NCBI GenBank assembly: GCA_963707215.1
Contig: CAVPPB010000002.1
Coordinates: 352,001-416,000 of the forward strand
Length of the DNA: 64,000 nt
Source of the DNA: an uncultured Chloroflexia bacterium
GTDB lineage: Bacteria > Chloroflexota > Limnocylindria > Limnocylindrales > CSP1-4
Reading direction: 5' to 3'
The notes beneath the pieces were generated by a model. It saw only the letters and a list, made by a program, of their open reading frames with translations, did no database searches and was not told the DNA's origin. The position numbers and the translations under genes were made by a program. This document shows positions 59,481 to 64,000 of the stretch, in pieces; the first letter of the stretch is position 1, and each line of letters begins with the position of its first letter.

Positions 59481-60557
59481 ATGCGGCGAATCCTGACCCA
59501 CCGATGGCTCGCCATCGCCGCCGCCGGGGCGATCGCCCTCGCGGCGTGCTCATCGGGGGCGACCCCATCGCCGGAGCCCTCCGAGGCCCCGGCCTCGGGG
59601 GCGCCTTCCGAGGCTCCGTCGCCGACACCGACGGAGATGCCCGGTACGAAGGAATTCAAGGTCGGCTTCACGTCGATCGGCTTCTCCAGCACGCCGTTCC
59701 TGGCCGCCCTGGACAGCCTGCGTGACCAGGGCTACACGATCGACACACCGGAGCTGGCCGAGTCCGAGCTCGTCACCGCCGGCACCGCCGCGGGCGACTT
59801 CGCCTTCGGATCGGGCGCCAACAACAGCGTCATGAACGCGATCTCGCAGGGGGCCAATCTCAAGGTCAACGTCGCCCGGGTCGCCAACGAATGGACCCTG
59901 TACGCGCGCAACGACATCACCGAGTGCGCGGGGCTTGCCGGCCGCAAGCTGGCCATCCACAGCGAGGGCGCCGTCAGCACGGCGATGGTCAAGAACTACA
60001 TCGAGGAGAACTGCCCGGGCACCGAGCCCGAGTACGTCGTCATCCCCGGCTCCGAGAACCGGTTGGCGGCACTCCTGGCCGATCAGATCGACGCCAGCCC
60101 GCTCGAGCTGGGTGACTCCCTCGTCGTCGACAACGAGGCCTCGGATCGGTTCAGCCTGCTGGCCAGCTTCGCCGAGGACCTGCCGAGCCTCCAGACCACG
60201 TCCGTGTACGTCAGCGGCGACTTCGCCGAGGAGAACCCGGGCACCGTCTACGCGGTGGTCAAGGCCGTCATCGAGCAGTTCCGCCTGGTCGCCGACGATC
60301 CAGCGTACCTGGCCGAGATCGCCGTCAAGTACGCGCCCGATTCCGTCGATGCCGCCACCGTCGACGAGATCGCCCAGAAGTACGTGGACCTCAAGATGTT
60401 CCCGGTCAACGGTGGCCTGAACGACGACAACCTCACCTACACGGCCGAGTTCTTCGGGCCGGACGGGACCGGCAGCGTCGATCGCGTCCTCGAGCTCGAC
60501 GAGTTCTCGGACCTGTCGTTCCTCAAGGAAGTCCTGAATGAGCTCGGCGTCCAGTAG
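59481..60557 (+). CDS. ABC transporter substrate-binding lipoprotein (NitT/TauT/SsuA-THI5 type)
   Basis: GGAGGAGG RBS; lipobox LAAC; LAGRKLA, RLAALLADQIDA. Confidence 0.9.
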   Translation: MRRILTHRWLAIAAAGAIALAACSSGATPSPEPSEAPASGAPSEAPSPTPTEMPGTKEFKVGFTSIGFSSTPFLAALDSLRDQGYTIDTPELAESELVTAGTAAGDFAFGSGANNSVMNAISQGANLKVNVARVANEWTLYARNDITECAGLAGRKLAIHSEGAVSTAMVKNYIEENCPGTEPEYVVIPGSENRLAALLADQIDASPLELGDSLVVDNEASDRFSLLASFAEDLPSLQTTSVYVSGDFAEENPGTVYAVVKAVIEQFRLVADDPAYLAEIAVKYAPDSVDAATVDEIAQKYVDLKMFPVNGGLNDDNLTYTAEFFGPDGTGSVDRVLELDEFSDLSFLKEVLNELGVQ

Positions 60558-61377
60558 CAGGACGCTGAGCACCGGGGGCGGCTCGGCGAGCCGCCCCCGG
60601 TCTTTCACTGACCGGATCGGAGACTCTGCCTGGACGTGGCGGCTGCTGGTCCTGGCGGTCGTCGCCGTGATCTGGCAGGCCTATGCCGTCGCCGTCGACA
60701 ACCTGCTGATCCCGACGTTCACCGAGACGATCGAGGGCATCGTCACGCTGGTGACGAACCCGGAGACCTACGAGGCCTTCCTCAAGAGCAACCAGGCGCT
60801 GTTCTTCGGGTTCGCCATCTCGCTCGTCCTCGGGATCCTGATGGGGCTCGCCGCGGCCCGCTACCGCAACGTCGAGGGGTTCATCGACCCCTACCTGAAC
60901 ATCCTGCTGGTCACGCCGATGGCCGCCCTGATCCCGATCCTGTTCATGTCCCTGGGGCTGGGGCTCGAGTCCCGCGTGCTGCTGGTGGTCGTCTTCAGCA
61001 TCCCGGTCATCATCGTGAATGCCCGAGCCGGCATCCGCCAGGTCGATCCCGCCCTGATCGAGATGGCGACCAGCTACGGTGCCAACGAGCGCCAGATCTG
61101 GCGCCGGATCCTCCTCCCCGGAGCCCTGCCGGCGATCATGACCGGCGTTCGCCTGGGCGTCGGCCGTGCTGTCACCGGCATGGTCATCGTGGAGCTGCTG
61201 ATGGTCTCCATCGGCATCGGCAACATCATCCTCGAGGCCCGCGGCTTCTTCCGGGCCGGCGAGCTCTACGGCACCGTCGTCCTCGTCGTCATCGAGGCGC
61301 TGATCCTGGTCTCGATCGTCCGCTGGATCGAGCGCCGCCTGGCTCCGTGGGCTCGAGATTCTGCGCTGAGCGAATAG
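60538..61377 (+). CDS. ABC transporter permease (TauC/SsuC-like)
   Basis: About 6 TM, EAA loop LIEMATSYGA, LPGALP. Confidence 0.9.
   Translation: MSSASSSRTLSTGGGSASRPRSFTDRIGDSAWTWRLLVLAVVAVIWQAYAVAVDNLLIPTFTETIEGIVTLVTNPETYEAFLKSNQALFFGFAISLVLGILMGLAAARYRNVEGFIDPYLNILLVTPMAALIPILFMSLGLGLESRVLLVVVFSIPVIIVNARAGIRQVDPALIEMATSYGANERQIWRRILLPGALPAIMTGVRLGVGRAVTGMVIVELLMVSIGIGNIILEARGFFRAGELYGTVVLVVIEALILVSIVRWIERRLAPWARDSALSE
60571..60606 (+). terminator. hairpin after SBP gene (terminator or mRNA stabiliser)
   Basis: ACCGGGGGCGGCTC-GGC-GAGCCGCCCCCGGT followed by CTTTC. Confidence 0.7.
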
Positions 61378-61386
61378 GGGACTGCG

Positions 61387-62196
61387 ATGATCGAGATCAA
61401 GGGCCTGACGAAGGTCTTCCCCGCGAAGGGGAAGGACGCACCGGTCGAGGCCCTCCGCGACGTGGACCTGACGGTCGAGGACAGCGAGTTCCTGACGATC
61501 CTGGGGCCGTCCGGCTGCGGCAAGACGACGCTCCTGCGGATCATCGCCGGGCTGATCCCCTATGACGACGGCCAGGTCCTCGTGGACGGCAACCGGATCA
61601 CCGGGCCGGGACCCGAGCGGGCCATGGTCTTCCAGAGTTTCGCTCTGATGCCCTGGGCGGACATCCTGACCAACGTCGCCTTCGGCCTCGAGCTTCGCGG
61701 CTCGTCCAAGTCGGTCCGCGAGGCCAAGGCAGAGGAGCTGGTCCAGATGGTCGGCCTCAGGGGCTTCGAGCGACGGCTCCCGGGCGAGCTCTCTGGCGGC
61801 ATGCAGCAGCGCGTCGGACTCGCTCGAGCGCTGGCCGTGGACCCCGACATCCTGCTGATGGACGAGCCGTTCGGGGCGCTGGACGAGCAGACTCGCCGGC
61901 TCCTCCAGGAAGAGCTGCTGGCGATCTGGGAGGCGACGAACAAGACGGTCATCTTCATCACCCACTCGATGGAGGAGGCGGTCCTGCTGGGCGATCGGGT
62001 CATCCTGATGAGCCCGCGGCCGGGCCGGATCGTCGATACCGTCCACGTTCCCCTGGACCGCCCGCGGGCGTCCGCGGTCGACAGCATCGAGGGCTCGGCC
62101 GAGTTCGCCTCGATCACGGCCGACCTCTGGGCTCGGCTCCGTGAGATGCAGACCTTCCGGCGCAAGACCGACGAGACCGAGGGCACGGCCGCGTGA
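61387..62196 (+). CDS. ABC transporter ATP-binding protein (TauB/SsuB-like)
   Basis: GPSGCGKT, LSGGMQQR, LMDEPFGALD. Confidence 0.95.
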   Translation: MIEIKGLTKVFPAKGKDAPVEALRDVDLTVEDSEFLTILGPSGCGKTTLLRIIAGLIPYDDGQVLVDGNRITGPGPERAMVFQSFALMPWADILTNVAFGLELRGSSKSVREAKAEELVQMVGLRGFERRLPGELSGGMQQRVGLARALAVDPDILLMDEPFGALDEQTRRLLQEELLAIWEATNKTVIFITHSMEEAVLLGDRVILMSPRPGRIVDTVHVPLDRPRASAVDSIEGSAEFASITADLWARLREMQTFRRKTDETEGTAA

Positions 62197-63047
62197 GCAG
62201 CGTCGCGACGGCCGGCGTCCGCCGGGCCCATCCCCCCTCACCGCGCCCCGGCCAGGGCCTCCGCGACGCCATCGAGAACGCACTGCCGGCGATCGTCTCC
62301 CTGGGCGTCGGTGCGATCCTGTGGGAGGTCGCGGCCCGGGTCTGGGACGTCGCCTTCTTCCCGCCGCTCTCGGTCGTTCTTGGCCGCCTCGTGGAGATGA
62401 TCGGGGACGGGCTGATCATCGAGAGCCTTGCCAACAGCCTCCTGAACCTTGCCCTCGGCTTCGGCTTCTCGGTCGTCGTCGGCGTCGGGATCGGGATGCT
62501 GATGGGCGCCTACCGCCGGGTCGACATGGCCCTCGACGTCTACGTCTACGCGTTGCTGACGGCCCCGTCCCTCGTCTTCGCGCCGATCCTGCTGGCCGTG
62601 TTCGGGATCGATGGGATCCGCTTCGCGGTCATCGGGGTCATCGTCCTGTACTCGATCTTCATCATCATCGTGAACACGACGGCAGCGATCAAGGGAACGT
62701 CGCCGGCGCTCATCGAGATGGGGCGCGCCTACTGTGCCACCGACCGCCAGCTCTTCCGCCGGATCATCCTGCCGGCTGCGCTGCCGCTCATCTTCGCGGG
62801 GTTGCGGCTCGGGATGGCCCGGGCGGTGAAGGGGATGATCAACGGCGAGATGTTCATCGCGGTCGTCGGCCTGGGGGCCGTCGTCCAGAACTCCGGCAAG
62901 CGCTTCGACGCCGCGTCCGTGCTCGCCGTCCTCATCGTGATCATCGTCGTGGCGATGGTCCTCGTGAAGCTCGTCCAGCTCCTTGACGCGCGGGCCACCA
63001 GCTGGCTCCCGTCCACCGCCCGGACGCGGCGCAGGCGCGGCACGTGA
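62193..63047 (+). CDS. ABC transporter permease (TauC/SsuC-like)
   Basis: FPPLS, LIEMGRAYCA, LPAALP. Confidence 0.9.
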   Translation: MSSVATAGVRRAHPPSPRPGQGLRDAIENALPAIVSLGVGAILWEVAARVWDVAFFPPLSVVLGRLVEMIGDGLIIESLANSLLNLALGFGFSVVVGVGIGMLMGAYRRVDMALDVYVYALLTAPSLVFAPILLAVFGIDGIRFAVIGVIVLYSIFIIIVNTTAAIKGTSPALIEMGRAYCATDRQLFRRIILPAALPLIFAGLRLGMARAVKGMINGEMFIAVVGLGAVVQNSGKRFDAASVLAVLIVIIVVAMVLVKLVQLLDARATSWLPSTARTRRRRGT

Positions 63048-63817
63048 GCGAGCGGCTCGCCGGCAAGGTCGCCATCGTCACCGGCGCCGGGCAGAACATC
63101 GGCCGGGCGACGGCCCTGCGCTTCGCCGCGGAGGGCGCGGCCGTCGCGGTCGTGGATCTCGACGAGGGACGCGCGTCCCGCGTCGCCGCTGAGATCGCCG
63201 ACGAGGGCGGCCGGGCGATCCCGGTCGTCGCAGACGTCACCGACGAACCCTCGGTCGAGGCGATGGTCGCCCGGGTCCTCCAGGAGTGGGGTCGCATCGA
63301 CGTCCTCGTCAACAATGTCGCCGCCACCACGAACAAGGGTCTCCTGGACACGACCCTCGAAGAGTGGGACCGGGTCCAGGCGATCACCCTTCGCTCCGCC
63401 TTCCTTTGCGGCAAGCACGTGGCCCGAGCGATGGTCGATGGCGCGGTGAAGGGCGCGATCGTCAACGTCGGATCGACGAGCGGCCACCGGGGCATCCGCA
63501 ACAAGGTCGCCTACGCAGCCGCGAAGGGCGGCGTCAACAACCTCACCCGGGCGATGGCCATGGAGCTGGCACCCCACGGCATCCGGGTCAACACGTTGAC
63601 CCCGACGCAGACCGGCAGTCCGGTCGGCATGGCCGACGAGGACTTCTCCGCCGAACGTGCCGGCGAGGCCAAGGGCATCCCGATCGGCCGGTTCGGGCAG
63701 CCGGGGGACCAGGCCGCGGCCGCGCTCTTCCTCGCCTCGGACGAGGCCGGGTTCGTGACCGGCGCCGACCTGGTCTGCGACGGTGGCCTGCTGGCGATCT
63801 TCCCGAAGTCGAACTAG
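63044..63817 (+). CDS. short-chain dehydrogenase/reductase
   Basis: TGAGQNIG, DVLVNN, YAAAK, GIRVN, DGG. Confidence 0.95.
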   Translation: MSERLAGKVAIVTGAGQNIGRATALRFAAEGAAVAVVDLDEGRASRVAAEIADEGGRAIPVVADVTDEPSVEAMVARVLQEWGRIDVLVNNVAATTNKGLLDTTLEEWDRVQAITLRSAFLCGKHVARAMVDGAVKGAIVNVGSTSGHRGIRNKVAYAAAKGGVNNLTRAMAMELAPHGIRVNTLTPTQTGSPVGMADEDFSAERAGEAKGIPIGRFGQPGDQAAAALFLASDEAGFVTGADLVCDGGLLAIFPKSN

Positions 63818-64000
63818 CCGGCGGCGCTCGGTCCTCCGGCCACGGCGCGGCACGCGCGACCGGTCGGGACCTGCCCCGGCCCGCCTCGGAGACGCGTCAT
63901 CCCCCCGAAGCGACTCCCATGTCGCGGAGGAGCCGCCCGTACCCGTCGATCGGGCGGTCGTAGCCGGCCCGGGCCAGGCAGGCCCGGACCTGGGCCTGCA

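Noticed and set aside
39118-59650. Similar GATP(E/S)P-Ser/Pro-rich linkers after the lipobox in both SBPs
   Set aside because: Generic low-complexity lipoprotein tethers, not evidence of a distinct system
267-63963. Many long antisense or alternate-frame ORFs in the track (e.g. 12753-15458, 20822-23029, 54055-56274)
   Set aside because: They overlap well-supported genes, are Arg/Gly/Pro-rich and motif-free; expected from stop-codon scarcity at high GC

Overview
Very GC-rich bacterial DNA, densely coding. I see no rRNA, tRNA, CRISPR array or mobile element. Gene content and style suggest a Chloroflexota- or Actinomycetota-like organism (inference only). At least three apparent small indels suggest a long-read assembly. 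1-29 kb is mixed housekeeping and accessory: oxoacid:ferredoxin oxidoreductase end, Xaa-Pro peptidase, ogt, copA with a cupredoxin fusion, two fabF plus fabD and MarR, a four-cupredoxin surface protein, M20 peptidase, LLM oxidoreductase, GNAT and ilvD. 29-64 kb is a catabolic island, probably GntR-controlled, with three Mo-hydroxylase large subunits, UbiD/UbiX, other decarboxylases, amidohydrolases, PrpF plus an ICL-family lyase, and two ABC importers. The standout is a candidate undescribed proteolytic peptide/signalling system at about 3.4-9.3 kb, with a satellite gene at 15.6-16.4 kb. Three otherwise unrelated ORFs carry seven copies of an acidic DVEGH motif: a 66-aa peptide, a multi-cassette PREAG-repeat polyprotein and a membrane protein. 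The first two flank a Crp/Fnr - GAF - compact subtilase operon and lie near an MFS transporter fused to a cNMP-binding domain. All three DVEGH genes, plus a neighbouring small ORF, share a ~27-bp upstream element at a fixed 32-33 nt from a -10-like hexamer.
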